The position numbers were made by a program, and so were the translations under genes. The notes under the pieces are model-generated. The model was not told where the DNA came from. It saw only the letters and a list, made by a program, of their open reading frames with translations, and ran no database searches. Shown here in pieces: positions 37,405-50,070 of a stretch of DNA of 64,000 nt; position 1 is the stretch's first letter, and every line of letters begins with the position of its first letter. The stretch lies in the NCBI RefSeq assembly GCF_009834535.1, contig NC_045697.1:7194001-7258000 (forward strand), read 5' to 3'. Origin of the DNA: Camelus ferus. Taxonomy: Eukaryota.

Positions 37405-37930
37405 ATCTTTGTTGAGATAGAAATAACAAACCATGAAGTTTACCTTTTTAGAGTGTACAATGAATAATTTTTAATATATCCACAAAGTTGTGCATTGATC
37501 ACCACTAATTCCATAATATTTTCATCATCCCCCCAAAGAAACCCCTTACCAATGAGCAGTCACTCCTTATTCTTCCCTCCCCTCATTCCCTGGCCACCAA
37601 CAAGCTGTTTTCCATCTCTATCAATTTGCCTGTTCTGGAGATCCCATATAAACGGAGTTACACACCAAGTGGTCTTTTGCATATGGCTTATTTTACTAGA
37701 ATGTTTTCAAATTTAATCCAAATTGTACTATATATTTTATGCCTAAGTAATTTTCTTCTGTATGGATAGATTACCTTTAATTTGTCCATTTATCAGTTAA
37801 TGACACTGGAGTTACTTCTTCTGTTTGGCTATTACCAATAATGCTGCTGTAAACATTCCTGCACATGTGCTTTTTTACAGACATATATTTTTAATTATCT
37901 TGGATATACCTGGGAGTGGAACTCCTCAGT
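37405..37930 (-). mobile_element. L1MB-type 3' end
   Basis: ttgttgagata...agtgtacaat...cacaaagttgtgca...atcccccaaagaaacccc...aataatgctgctgtaaacatt. Confidence 0.85.
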
Positions 37931-37937
37931 CATATGG

Positions 37938-38237
37938 TGTGATAGTGAGAATAATTGCAACACAAAGAAGTGCATATTCTAATTCTTGGGACCTGTAAAC
38001 AGCTTGTGTTACATGGTGAAGGGAATTTAAGTTTGTAAGTGGAATTAAGTTTGCTAATCAGCTGAGTGTAAGATAAGGAGATTATCTTGATTAATGGGGA
38101 GGGACCGATGTCACAGCTGAGGTCCTTAAAAGTGGAAGAGGGTGGCGGAGTCAGGGTTTCTGAGGGCAATGTGACTGTGAAAGAATGATCGAAGAGACGC
38201 AGGTTTGCTGCGTTTGCAGATAGAGGAAAGGGGCCAG
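37938..38237 (+). mobile_element. MLT1D 5' portion
   Basis: ttacatggtgaagggaatt...gaattaagtttgctaatcagctga...ggtccttaaaagtggaagaggg. Confidence 0.8.
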
Positions 38238-38239
38238 AC

Positions 38240-38545
38240 CTGTTCCTCCTGCTCCCTTGGCTTACAGGCTGCTGGTTTTCACAGCTACTGTGGTCACAAA
38301 GCTGCTGGCTTCCAAGAGCTGGGAGAGGGTGGTGGTGTTAGGGCAATTTGAAATTCCAGAGGCACCCTGTTCTTATTTGACTCAGCCATTTTTTTTCCTG
38401 AATAAACACTCCTTTTATTGTTAAAAGCCCAAGTGCTAAAAGAAAACAAAAAGTGGATTTTGATAGCTTCTGTCTATGTTCTCACTGCTTTTTTAGAAGA
38501 GTGGCTTTTCAGGAGCCCTTCCCCTGTCATTTTGGAAGTTGAGCC
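38240..38545 (-). mobile_element. Old L1M 5'-end fragment
   Basis: cagccattttttttcctgaataaacac...aaagtggattttgatag...tgttctcactgcttttttagaagagtggcttttcaggag. Confidence 0.55.
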
Positions 38546-39134
38546 TCCTTCTTTTTCTGGATTTCTACTCTGGAGAGCTGGCCAAACCATGAATGGGACT
38601 CGAGTCATGCCCTTTTAAGCTTATGTTCTTCTCCAGGTGAATCTGAGTAGCCCACTTCCCCCACCCCAGCTTTCAGGAGTCCTGTCCACGTTGTGCTCAT
38701 TCCTCTGGGTCTCCCTGCTTTACCCCTCTCCCTCCCCTGGGGCTGCAGCACAAATGCCTCAAGTACCTGCCATGAAGCCTCCTCTCCGGCCTCCCCTGAG
38801 TCTCACTGGAGGACTGGGATGGAGCCTTGGGAGGGTGAAGCCCTTGCTCTTTCTGAAGGAGTCCTTCCAGAAGGACTGGTCCCTAGACTTAACTCGGGTC
38901 TGAGAGTTCCGGGAAGCCCTTGGCTGCAGCCCCACCCCGTGTCTGTTAAGCTGCTGCACTGACCTCTGACACCTGCCTTTGCTCTGCGCTATGCTCTTGG
39001 GGCCAGACAGGCTCTGGTTCTGGATCTGGTATCTGCTGACTTTTTGGTTAGATATGTTATATGACTCCTCAGGAACTGATAGGCAAGTGGTGATAAAACA
39101 GCTGTGTCACAGAACCTTCAAGACGTTGCAAAAG

Positions 39135-39354
39135 GCTGGGATTTCAAAATGCAGTACAGATAAACAAGATTCTACTGTACAGTACAGGGAAATATATAGA
39201 AGTTCTTATGGTGGCTCACAGCGAAAAACATGTGACAATGAATATATATATATATATGTGTGTTCATGTATAACTGAAAAATTGTGCTCTAGACTGGAAT
39301 TTGACACAATATTGTAAAATGACTATAACTCAATAAAAAATGTTAAAAAAAAAA
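39135..39354 (+). mobile_element. Young camelid-type L1 3' end
   Basis: tgtataactgaaaaattgtgctctagactggaatttgacacaatattgtaaaatgactataactcaataaaaaatgttaaaa; TSD aagac(g/a)ttgcaaaag at 39120-39134 and 39355-39369. Confidence 0.9.
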
Positions 39355-39836
39355 AAGACATTGCAAAAGATTGGGAAGTACTTCGCGTAGCCTTCATCCA
39401 TTTGGCCAACTTATCTGAGGTTCTAGGAATCCACACACTTCAGTATTCATTTCAATAGAGCTGTTTTTCTTCAACAGTTATTTTTGTGTTCTCTCTAAAG
39501 ACTGTTACCAGTTTTTAAAAAAAAATATTTTTTGTGGTAAGTTTGAAGATAGTTTTCAAAATTAATTTTCGTCTATTCTAGATTGCTTGGAGGACCACCT
39601 CATAATGGCATGCTCCAGGCGATTTTATTTCTCATGTTTGTTTAGTTTTTATTGTGTTGTCATCAACTGGTATTACCTTTATTATGGAAAAAGAAACAAA
39701 ATAGAATTTAACATGGAAATAATGCATGTATTTTAAATAAAAACTAAATGACATCACAAGTCACAAAAACAAGTTGCGTAGAGACATACATCAGAAGAAT
39801 TGAATTATTAAATTATATCAAATCAATAAAGATAGA

Positions 39837-39856
39837 ACACACACACACACACACAC
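39837..39856. repeat. (AC)10 microsatellite
   Basis: acacacacacacacacacac. Confidence 0.9.
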
Positions 39857-39869
39857 TTTGCCAAGGTAG

Positions 39870-40171
39870 CCATTACAATACTTACATGTCAAACACTTTT
39901 AGTTTCAGCAAAATTGGTGTTAACTAACGTGTAAATCTAATGTTGAACCCTTGGAACATAATGGTTCTAAGTTTGGTTTGATGATATTGTGAGTATTTTC
40001 AGGTTTTATACCAGTGTAAGAGCTATAAGCATAAGGTGATCATAATGAGTTTATATGCCTGCCTATGTAAGTTGTATTGTAATAAAATTATGCAGCCAGC
40101 ACTAGGGGGTCCATGAGAACGTTTTCCTTGCAGATGGAATCGGTACATTGCTCAAGTTTGAGAAGCTCTGT
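39870..40171 (+). mobile_element. hAT-Charlie (Charlie4-like) terminal fragment
   Basis: gggggtccatgagaac...gtacattgctcaagtttgagaagctctg. Confidence 0.55.
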
Positions 40172-41309
40172 TCTACCTATAGAAACCAGGCAAACTCTCA
40201 GGGAGCCTTCAGTGGGAGTTTATATACAGGCTGAAGGCCTGTCTTCAGGCCACAATGACAAAATGAAAAGATAAGAAAGACTTTCTTATGCAGGACAGGA
40301 AGCTGTACATGAATAAAAGACACATAAAAGTCTTGTGCAGTAACTGATTTAAAATAATAAGGAGAGAGTGGATTACCAGAAATGGATTAAGCAAAATATG
40401 AGAACGTTTTGGGGGCCCATTTTTAAGAATATAGGCCTGGGAGAAAGAAGGCTTAATTTAAATTTATATTTCTACTCCATATCTTTCAAGACTTCCCATT
40501 GGCTGCACAGCTTAATGTTCCTAAGCACTCAGTTTCTTCAACTCTAAAATACCTACTTTATAGATTCGCTATATGGGTCCGATAACACTGTAGAAGTGAA
40601 AGTCCTCTGTCGGCCACCGAGCCCTGTGTGGGTGACAGTGATGCTACTATATTGCGTTTTGTTAGATGTTCAAAAAGGGTCCCTGGAAAATTTTCTAATT
40701 CTTTGCAATTGAACATCTCAGCAAGAAGATAAAAAGCCCTGGAATGTTCAAGGTCAATGAAATGAGCAATTCTTGCATCTAATCTAGGCTAAGATCTTAT
40801 CAAATGCATAGCTGACGTATTCTACAAAACCACAGGGAGATGGGTTTAGACCAGATCTCTAACTGACGTGAAATTTTAATTTTTTTCCAACAGATTTTCA
40901 TTGTGTTAATCACTAAGTTTATTTTATAGATTAAAATGAAAAAAAAAAACACTCCTTCTATCTGTGCACACATATATTCCTACACACACTCACCCACAGA
41001 AACATCCAGGTCCATCCATGTATTCACACTTCTATAGGGAAACACACACAGTCATGTGCTTACACATGCAGGACCCACCTGCTCATACATGCCCTGCTCA
41101 CTCTTGAATCGATCCAGTGCTCATTGGCCATAGTGGTCCAGAGTCTCTCACGATTAGCTTCCACCTGCTTTATGAGAACAGGGCAAAGATGCCCTGATCT
41201 CTCCATCTCACAGCATTTATCTCAACTAGGGGTGCCCCAACATCTTATTCTTTAGATCATCCTTAGAAGGCATTTTGGGAGCCACAGAAACACATTTCAA
41301 AGTCAGTCA

Positions 41310-41440
41310 CTCTTAACTTTGAATTATGACCTTGAGTGAGTGACTTGATCTTCTTGAGCCTCAGTTTCGTTGACTGCGATGTGGTGGTAGTGAACACCAC
41401 CTCACAGACGTGAAGGCGTTAGACGCAATGATGTATGAAT
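41310..41440 (+). mobile_element. MIR fragment
   Basis: tgaccttgagtgagtgacttgatcttcttgagcctcagtttc. Confidence 0.7.
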
Positions 41441-41874
41441 TTCCTCTACGCCCTTTTCACTCTATTTGAAGGTAACTGTCTTTGGAATGATGCATCTATG
41501 TGGACAGTAAGTGACACAGAGATGTTAGATGAAATCAGACAGGGCTGAGTCCTCATCCAAGATGGCCCCAGGATCCTTAGTGGGATAAACTCATGGATCT
41601 CCTTAATGCTCACTTGTTACCAGCTTGGCACCCTTCCTGCACATCTTCTCAGCTCTTATCTCTTTAGAATTAAACTTTTTCTTTGCTTGCGCAGATTTAC
41701 TACTGTTTCTTGATTCCCAATGGCCTCACTAGACATGGCTTCGCTTCAAGGCATCCTCTCAGCTTCTGACTCCATCATAATGGTTGTAGTCTCACCATGT
41801 TGCTCAATTCCACACTTGTAAGAGAAGAATTTGATGTCAGGGCTCATCTTTTTCACACCAGGCCATGCAAGTTT

Positions 41875-42100
41875 AACTTTGGAGTCCCACAGACCTGAGA
41901 TCAAAATCCAGTTCCAACAGTTATTAATTCTGTGACCTAAAGCAAATTGCTAAACCCTCAGAATCTCAATTTCCCCATAGTCATACAGAAAAAATTATGG
42001 CTCTTACCTCCGTTGAACTGTTGTGAGGGCTGAATCAAATAATGTATGGTAAGTGCTTAGTCTAGTCCGTGGTATATATTGAACCATAAAGAAATGCTAT
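41875..42100 (+). mobile_element. MIR SINE
   Basis: tttggagtcc...tgtgacctaaagcaaattgctaaacc...tgttgtgagggctgaatcaaataatgtatggtaagtgcttag. Confidence 0.8.
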
Positions 42101-43254
42101 TCTTTAGTGTCAGTTCTGGTCATAGACCAGAGGTCAGTCTAAGCATAGGCTGTCTTTTTGCCAAGTGCTTACTTCTGGCCCATCAGTCACAATCATTAGT
42201 CAAGAGAGGCCATGGGTTATCCCCTTAGACAAGAGTGTCAGCAGACCAGGCTTTCTGTAGCCACATCTACTCAAGGCATCAAGAGGTTACACAATGTGAT
42301 TTCCTTTTATTCAGCATAGACTTAGAAGACAATTCAATAAAATCAATGTGTGCATATATGACTGTGAAATAACTTTGGAAAATTCCATTAATATTCAAAA
42401 GATAAAAACTTCTTTCCGCTGACCTATTCCCTGCCAGTGGGAAAAAGAGAGGTCATCTGAGAAATATTAAGAGGGAGATATTCACAGAGCATTAGGATGA
42501 CTCCTCAAAGCAAACCTCGGGGCTGGGCAGGAGAGGCTGAAGCTTCCTGGAGGTGGTGACACAGGCTTGAAGAGAGAGTGTAAGTTAGACAGGTTAGCGA
42601 GCATAAAGATGGGGCAGTGGTACTTGCCAGGGAGAAGATGGCATGTCCCACTGCGCCCTTATGAGTGGCAGATACACATCTAAATGTTCAAAATGGGAAT
42701 CCCTCTCCCACAACACAGTTTTCCTCAAAAACATTAATGACAACCTAACAATTTTAGTTTCTCAATATACACATCTCCCCTCACAAGGTAGTTTGGGTTC
42801 AGAATCAAGGAAATTTGGTGTATTGTTAACAATGACTACTTTGAAGAATTTAATAAGTACTTGCTGAGAGTCTAACCTATGGGTTGGACCAAACCTTACC
42901 TGTTATTCTATAGATTCTACAAGAGGGAGCTTCCAGGAAACTTGTTGATTTTGAGCAGTCACCACAGGTACCTGACTGCTTTCAAATCACCTTGAAATAT
43001 TTCTGGGCTTCTCTGTGGAGAGTCAGACAAAGACTCAATAGTCTCCCACGTCCCTGGTGTTTCTTCCATGGTTCCCAGCACCGAGGTCTCCCTGGGGGCA
43101 CTGCTTCAAACCTGAGGGTGGCCAAAGCTGGGTAGCCTGAGGCAGGCAGGTGGAGGAAGGCCTCCCTGATCTGGGGTTTAGGATGTAGCAAGGCTCCCCT
43201 AGCAGTTGTGCTTGGCGCTCAGTGTGAACTTGTCAAACAGGTATGCTTTTATTC

Positions 43255-43770
43255 TTTGGAAAAGCAAAAATTGAAAGATACAGAAGCAGAAAGAGAGTAA
43301 TTTAACAACCATCTGTGTACCTGCCATGTGTAATTAACAGGTATTAACATTTTACAATATTTGCTTCACGTGTTGTTGGTAATAAAATAATCTTACTGTC
43401 AAGCTGAAGCTCCCTGCCTAGTCCAATGCCATGTTACCCACTCCTTCCCAAGATACAATTATTTGTTAGGATGAACTTGATGTGTACATCAAAACAGGAT
43501 GAATTTGATGTATAACTTACCCATCACATATTTCTATCTTTAATCCATAAACTGTGTGCTGAAGTTTGAAAAAATTTATACAAATATTATCATATAATAT
43601 TCATCTCACTGTAATTAGATTTCATTCAACATGATTTTTTTAAAAGATCTGTGATGGTGCATTTAAATCAAGTTCATTTGTTTAAATTGCTGAATTGTGT
43701 TCCACTGATGGATGTTTAAGTTGAGTTTTTAGAATTTCCTACATCTGTCTTACAAAGATGCAAGCATCAC
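43255..43770 (-). mobile_element. L1ME-type 3' fragment
   Basis: taacaggtattaacattttacaatatttgcttca...ttcattcaacatgatttt...ttcatttgtttaaattgctg. Confidence 0.6.
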
Positions 43771-44523
43771 ATCCTTTAAAAGGACCTAGGCAGATTCAGA
43801 TGAAGGGATAGTAAGCCAAAATGTGGTCCTGAGACAGCCGCAGTTCTCTCTGGATGATGGCCATTTATTTATTTATGTATTTATTTTTCCCTCCTGAGTT
43901 AAATTTACCATTCAATACACTTTTTTCTTAGGATGAATTTTTATTTTACTCATAGTGCTGTATACAGAATTTTTAAGGCCATGGAACAACTCCCTTGATA
44001 GTTTCATATATGCCTGAACTGCAGGGAATGTAAGTTGCAGATTTCCATGGTCTGCCTCTTCAATTTCAAACACTTTTCATATATGCCAAAAAATCAGCAG
44101 CAGAGTCGAGCAGAATACTCAAATTCACTAGTAATGCTTCAGAACTGTCACCCTTTTTCATTATCCATTTAATTATTCTCTTTCCCCTATAGGAATTCCC
44201 ATATACAAAACTGATCTAGCAAACACTCAATATCAGCTTCCCTTTCTAGAAATGAGAATCACATAAATGATCATGTAATATTTTTGCCCTGGCCAGCCAG
44301 GAAGCTCAGAACCAAATTTATTGCTGAGTCGCTGAGAGGGAATTGTGGCCTTTCCTTGATGCTAGAGGTTTACTTCAGTTTCATTGAGCTCTTCCACAAC
44401 ATATTCCAAAATGACACAATTCATCTGTAAAAAGAGGCCATGATTTGTGTGACCATATAATTATTGTGCAAACTGGACACTTTTAAAAATGAAAGGCGAC
44501 AAAAAGTTAATGACATACTTTTT

Positions 44524-44660
44524 TTTAATTGAAGTATGTCAGTTTACAATGTTTTGTCAATTTCTGGTGTACAGCACAATGTCCCAGTCATGTGTATATA
44601 TATATATAAATATATTTCTTTTCATATTCTTTTTCATTAAAGATTACTACAAGATATTGA
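44524..44660 (-). mobile_element. Young L1 3' end, truncated
   Basis: ttaattgaagtatgtcagtttacaatgttttgtcaatttctggtgtacagcacaatg; TSD acatacttttt at 44513 and 44661. Confidence 0.85.
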
Positions 44661-44773
44661 ACATACTTTTTTGAGATATCATGCCTTATATAGAGTCATA
44701 TGTAAATGAACCTTCCATAGCTCCATGAGACAAATTTTCATCTTATTTCAAAGTCTTATTTCAAAGACTTCCA

Positions 44774-45112
44774 TTTTTTTTTTTTTGTAATATAGTCAGT
44801 TTACAATGTTGTATCAATTTCTGGTATACAGCATAATGTTTCAGTTATACATGCATATACATATATTCATTTTCATATTCTTTTTCATTATAGGTTATTA
44901 CAAGATATTGAATACGGTTCCCTGTGCTAAACAGAAGAATCTTGTTGTTAATCTATTTTGTATTTACTAGCTAATATTTAAGACACTAATGGACTTACTT
45001 ATCTATAAGAAACAGATTAGAAACAGATTCAGAGACAGTAAACACACTTATGGTTACTGGGAAAAAAAGGAGTGGGAAGGAATAAATTGGGAGTTCAAGA
45101 TGTGCAAATACT
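44774..45112 (-). mobile_element. Young L1 3' end with 5' inversion
   Basis: 44774-44979 is antisense (poly-T first); 44980-45112 is the adjoining upstream 3'UTR in the opposite orientation; TSD gacttcca at 44766-44773 and 45113-45120. Confidence 0.9.
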
Positions 45113-45384
45113 GACTTCCAACTTTCTAGGAAAATGCTGATGCTTTTTTGATGGGTTTGAGTCTCTGGTTGCAACATCACTCTGCTCCCTTCCTTACTCG
45201 TATGAAGCACAATATATGATTTCACCGTTTGTTTTTCCTGCCCTAGGATATAATTTTGTTCCATTAATGGATTGAACGAAACCAACCAACCAAACATCAT
45301 CATCGTTATCAACAGTGACAACGGTAACAAAGTACCTTTATTGACATTTTCAAAACTGGTCTTAAAATACAAAGACCTCATCCT

Positions 45385-45620
45385 TTATTCAAGGCTTAAT
45401 ATGTCAGACACTTGGCCAAGTACTTTGCCTATATATCTTATATATTTTACTCTTCCACACAGATCTCTGGTATAAATATTTTTTCCTAGTTTTGCAGAGG
45501 TGACATTTGGGGATCAGAAAGGGAAAGTTATTTTTCCAGGGTCACACAGCATGTGCATGGTTGAATGGGGAGTTTATCACCTGATGGTTTTCCGCCAGAG
45601 CCAGTATTTGTAATTACTAA
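45385..45620 (-). mobile_element. MIR SINE
   Basis: atgtcagacact...ttttgcagaggtgac...ccagggtcacacagc. Confidence 0.6.
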
Positions 45621-47204
45621 GCTCTCTTACATCAGTAAGGTAAGCAGTTTTGTTTTTTTTTTTTTAAACCAATCATGTTTCTTATCAGCATAGCCGCTGA
45701 CTCAATCATAGAGTTGGAGAGGGGACTGCATTGTTTCAGTAATTATTAACTTAGGAATTGCAACTTGAAAAGAGGCTTGTTCAGGCCAGAGACATGATTC
45801 ACAACAAATTAAAACCCCTTATCTACCATTGATTGTGAGTCCTCCTTGCAGACAAGTTCCTGTCCTTTGTCAGGCAGAGAGGGAAAGAGTGTTTGGTGGC
45901 ACTGGGTGAAGATCCTCAGGTGGCAGGAGTAGAAAAGGTGACTTTTTCTCCTGTGGGAGAAAATGTTTCTCAACACAGCTGAGGCTGTGAGGTTCTCTGG
46001 ATGCAAAGGTCATCGAGGGCTTCTCTCCTTCTCAGTGGTCAACAGTCAGTTTTCTAAACAGTAGGAGAACAGGGTCTGATCAGACCCATCTCCCTCTTCC
46101 TCTCTTTTTCCTGCTTGATTTTTCCCTTATTTTTCCCCCCAATCTCTTTCCTCCAGGATCCCTCTAAGCTGTGTCGCTGCAAAGGGAAGTTGCTAAGATG
46201 CTTCTGCTCCTATTGGCCTTAGCTGATTTTCCCTCAGTGCCAGGCAGTCCCTCACCCAAGACAAACTGCAAGCCCCTCACCTGTCCTTGGTTCTTTTCAA
46301 CCCGTCAACTGCACAGGCAGAATTCAGCCCTGTCTGTTTCCCCAAGGAACCTCAGAAGTCAACAGTCTGTTTTGAACCATGCTGCTTCTCCCTGCCCTGC
46401 CAACATTTCTCTGATTCTTTCTTTGGTATTTTTAGCCCACTTTTCCCTAGCCTCATAATATTTGGTATTTGAATTTTGTTCTTATTAAAGATTTTTAAAT
46501 TTAAAAAATAAAAATTAAATTTTGTCATTATTTTGTTTTTATTTGTCCCATTATGTTGACTGTTGTTTCTCTTTATCCCGATTTTGGATTTGCTCTTCTG
46601 GACGAGATTTGCATGGATGTACTGGAAACATCCCCTCCATTATGGCAAGCTCAGAGCTCATCCCTCTTAGGATTCTCTTGTAGAAGACATCTGTCTCTCT
46701 TGCATATTCCTCAGGATGGTCCTGGAGAATCTAGGCAATAAGAGCGGGTTGTCATAATGGGTAACAGCAGAACTTTCAACTAACATCAATTTAATTTCAT
46801 ATCAATATGACCTTAAGAATATGGACATCTTTCATAGAGCTAAACAAATAGCAAAACCCACAGTCAATGGGTTATCTAGACAATAAAGACAGTTCTGGAA
46901 TAACTCCTGACCCCTGTGCACCACAAACTCACAGGCACATAGCAAAATAATCGAGGCAAAGGAAGACTTAGTGAAAACTAATAAAAACTCTCTTACTGTA
47001 CAACAAGTCTGTCTTCTCTTTTCCTTCCAGAAAGACCATTGTTTTAGCACAGCTTTTATTCGGAATTCTATTTCATTTGGCCGCCTTATATGCAAAAACA
47101 GCAATGGCCATAAACACATATTTCGTGATGTAATTGTTCTTTCTCCAGAGAAATGGCTCCTTTGGTATCCAGGGAAAAAGGAGGCAAACGTGGCTTTGAA
47201 CTAG

Positions 47205-47385
47205 TTTCTCTGCTCAGCACATCGCTGTGCTGGCTCCATTGCACACACGGAGCTCTGGAGGGAGCGCGTCCTGACGCGTGAGAGCGGCCGAGGCACTTCG
47301 CTCTGTTCCTGAAACTAACACAGCATTGTAAACCCAGCATCCTTCAATGCAAATTCAAAAATTAAATTAAAGTAGATGAAGATGT
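47205..47385 (+). mobile_element. L1 3' end, heavily GC-diverged
   Basis: cacttcgctctgttcctgaaactaacacagcattgtaaacccagcatccttcaat plus A-rich tail; compare 15309-15359. Confidence 0.65.
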
Positions 47386-47819
47386 CATTGAAACAAACCA
47401 AAACAAAACAAAAAAGAAGCTGGTTTGGAGTTCATGCCTGGAGACCTTGATGTGTGACCCAGAGGAAGTTATTTAACCACAACTGAAAAACAGAGCTGAT
47501 GGGAACACCTTTCAGAGAAGACTGAGATGAAAGGCTCACTGAGACAAAAGTCTGGAAATCATAATGGTTGGCAACCAAACCCGACTGCGATGATTACGGC
47601 AATCATTATTAATCTCTCTGCAGGTGAGCGGATGCAGGGCTGTGGCTGAGACGCTCACATGTCTGAGTGGGAGGCCTCCACGTGGGTGTCTTCCTCACTT
47701 TTTCTAAGAAAGCGGGGAGAGGATTTGAAGCCCCTTCTCCTCATAACCTGTGTGAAGTCACCCACACTGCATGATTGCACTGGCCGTAAGCTCCCGCCAA
47801 CTTACCCGGGCGTCATGGA

Positions 47820-47950
47820 GAGAGTAAGAAAACCTGCTCCAGAAAACCTGGTCCCGTTCCCAGCTCCACCTCCTACTACCTGTGGGACTTTGGACCAATT
47901 ATTCTGCTCTGTGAATCCCCAGTTTCTTATCTGCAGAATAGAATGATACT
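47820..47950 (+). mobile_element. MIR fragment
   Basis: cccagctccacctcctactacctgtgggactttggac...cagtttcttatctgcagaat. Confidence 0.7.
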
Positions 47951-48017
47951 TCTCTGTGCAGCTTATTTGTAGATAAATATGACTGTGCATTTCCAGAACC
48001 AGGGGCAGAGACCAGAG

Positions 48018-48135
48018 TTCATTTCACTCGTTCAGCAACTACGTGTTACGCTCCTCCTGCGTGCCAGGCATTGTGCTAGGATCCTTGAGCTGACAGCTGG
48101 GAGGAGGTCCCCTGCTCCCTTGGAATTTGGAATTA
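48018..48135 (-). mobile_element. L2 3' end
   Basis: ttcactcgttcagcaac...gtgccaggcattgtgctagg...gtcccctgctccc. Confidence 0.7.
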
Positions 48136-48884
48136 CTGGAATATTACAAATGTGTTCAGAGAATATGAGAAATTTCCCTTTTCCTTTCATTGCTTCATAT
48201 GGGAATGCTTTACAATTTCTGATGGCTTTGGCCTTTTAATGTCTGTACTCAGCCCCACAGGTGAACCTCAAGTCCAGCGTGCCTCAGGCAAAGCGATTAT
48301 CTTAAAGCCAGGATGTTGAGAGAAGTAGTTTCAAGCTTGAGGGAGTCCTGAGGTGGGAGGGAGCACAGAGAACATGGCAAAGAGGGTTCTTTCGTGGGAG
48401 CACTTGGGGAGCTGCCAAATTTCTAATAAGAAATGAATTTGCCTTTATTTAAAGAGGGGAACGGTAATTTCCCACACTTAGGAGGAAGAAAAGACTGTCT
48501 GTCCTCTGGCTTTGGTACCAGCACTGCCTCTCCGGGAGGGTAGCTAGAATGGGGAACAAAAGTGATGAATGCAGGCCTAGCCTTAGACAACTTCCTAGAC
48601 AAGTGAAAACAGAAGGGAGAAAAGTGTGCACTACTGGAAGGAATGAACTCGAATCCAAAAAAGTGCACCGCACCGTAGCCTTGCACACGCGCCGTGTAGT
48701 GTGGGCTGGAAGGTTAGAGAGAAGACGGGGCTAGTTCTGCTGATACTTAACCCCAGACACGGCCGGATGCCTGGAGGTCAGCGCCTCTCTCTCTGTCTGC
48801 CTCTCTATTCTCCCCAGAGTCCCCCGCAGTTAGGTTGGGACACATGCAACTGGGCTCCGGTCAATGGTGTGTGTACAGGGTGAC

Positions 48885-50070
48885 TACTTCAATGACTCAA
48901 GTGCCTTCTTAGGTACCAGCTCCTGTTCTCAGCCTTGGGGGCTCAGCAGGAAACACGACAGGCATAAACTTCTGCCCTCACGGTTCTTATGTATCCTGGG
49001 AGGGTGAAGCAGACAAGGGACATGGAGAATAAGTAAAATCTATAGTAAAATATGTGATTAAATCAAATATATAAACATTCATTCGTGTATAGCTTATATA
49101 TAACTTATTAAATATACATAAAAATAAATTTTATATATAATTTCCTAAGTAGAAATAAAACTATACATATGTATGTATACATATGATATATACGTGGGTG
49201 TGTGTGTGCATATATGTTACAAAATATAGAGATAGTGGTAACTGCTAAGCCAAAATAAATTAGGTAAGGATGATCTGAAATACCAGGAGAACAATTTTAA
49301 GGAGGGTGTCCATAGAGGTCTTGCAGAGAAAGTGAAATCTGAGCAAAGAGGTGAAGGAAGAGAGGGTTCTAGCCATGCAGAGAGCTGAGGAAGGAACATT
49401 CCACAGTTTCCACAGAATGTGAGGAGGCTGGGGGCTAGAGTGAAGGGTATCATACAATAAGAAAGGAGACCAGGGAGGGGACAGAAGTTTGGGTCATCTG
49501 TGGCCTCAAAGGCCACTTCAAGGTTGTTGGCTTGTAGTTTGAGAGAAATGAGGAAGCCGCCACATGAGGCATGAGATGAGACGCACTTCTTAGAACCTGA
49601 GACTCATTCAGGTTGCTGTTTTGAGGACACACTGAGAGGGACTTGGGGGACAGAAGCAGAAAGACCAGTGTGGAGGCTTTTCCCAAGTTTCAATTAACAG
49701 ACAAGACTGACTTGGACCAGGAGGTGGGACAGGAGGAGGATGATGGGATCAGATCTAGATGTACTTTAAAGGTAAACCAATAGGATTTGCAGATGCACAA
49801 AATGTGGGAAGTGAGCATAAGGCAGAGTCAAGGGTGATGCCAAAGCTTTCGCCTGAGCAGTGGGAGGGTGGAGCTGCTCTCAGGGAGATGGGGAAGGCTA
49901 CAGGAGGACTATGCTTGGGGAATATCAAGAGCTCAAGTTCAAGACAGCCAGTGGATCCAAAGTGTGGGGTGGAGGTCCAGTTGGGAGACACACACTTAGA
50001 GGTCAGCAGTGATAGAAGTCATCACGTCCTCCAGACTGTACCTAAAGCCATAAGGCTGAATGGGGTCACT
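48885..50070 (-). mobile_element. L2 (L2a-like) with AT-rich interruption near 49040-49220
   Basis: tctgccctcacggttcttat...gggggctagagtgaaggg...taggatttgcagatg...agtcaagggtgatgccaaag. Confidence 0.8.

Noticed and set aside
40205..40248. Hairpin gccttcag...ctgaaggc
   Set aside because: An 8-bp stem is expected by chance; too short for a pre-miRNA.
41540..42270. Possible old LTR split by a MIR
   Set aside because: Resemblance too weak to assign a family or boundaries by eye.
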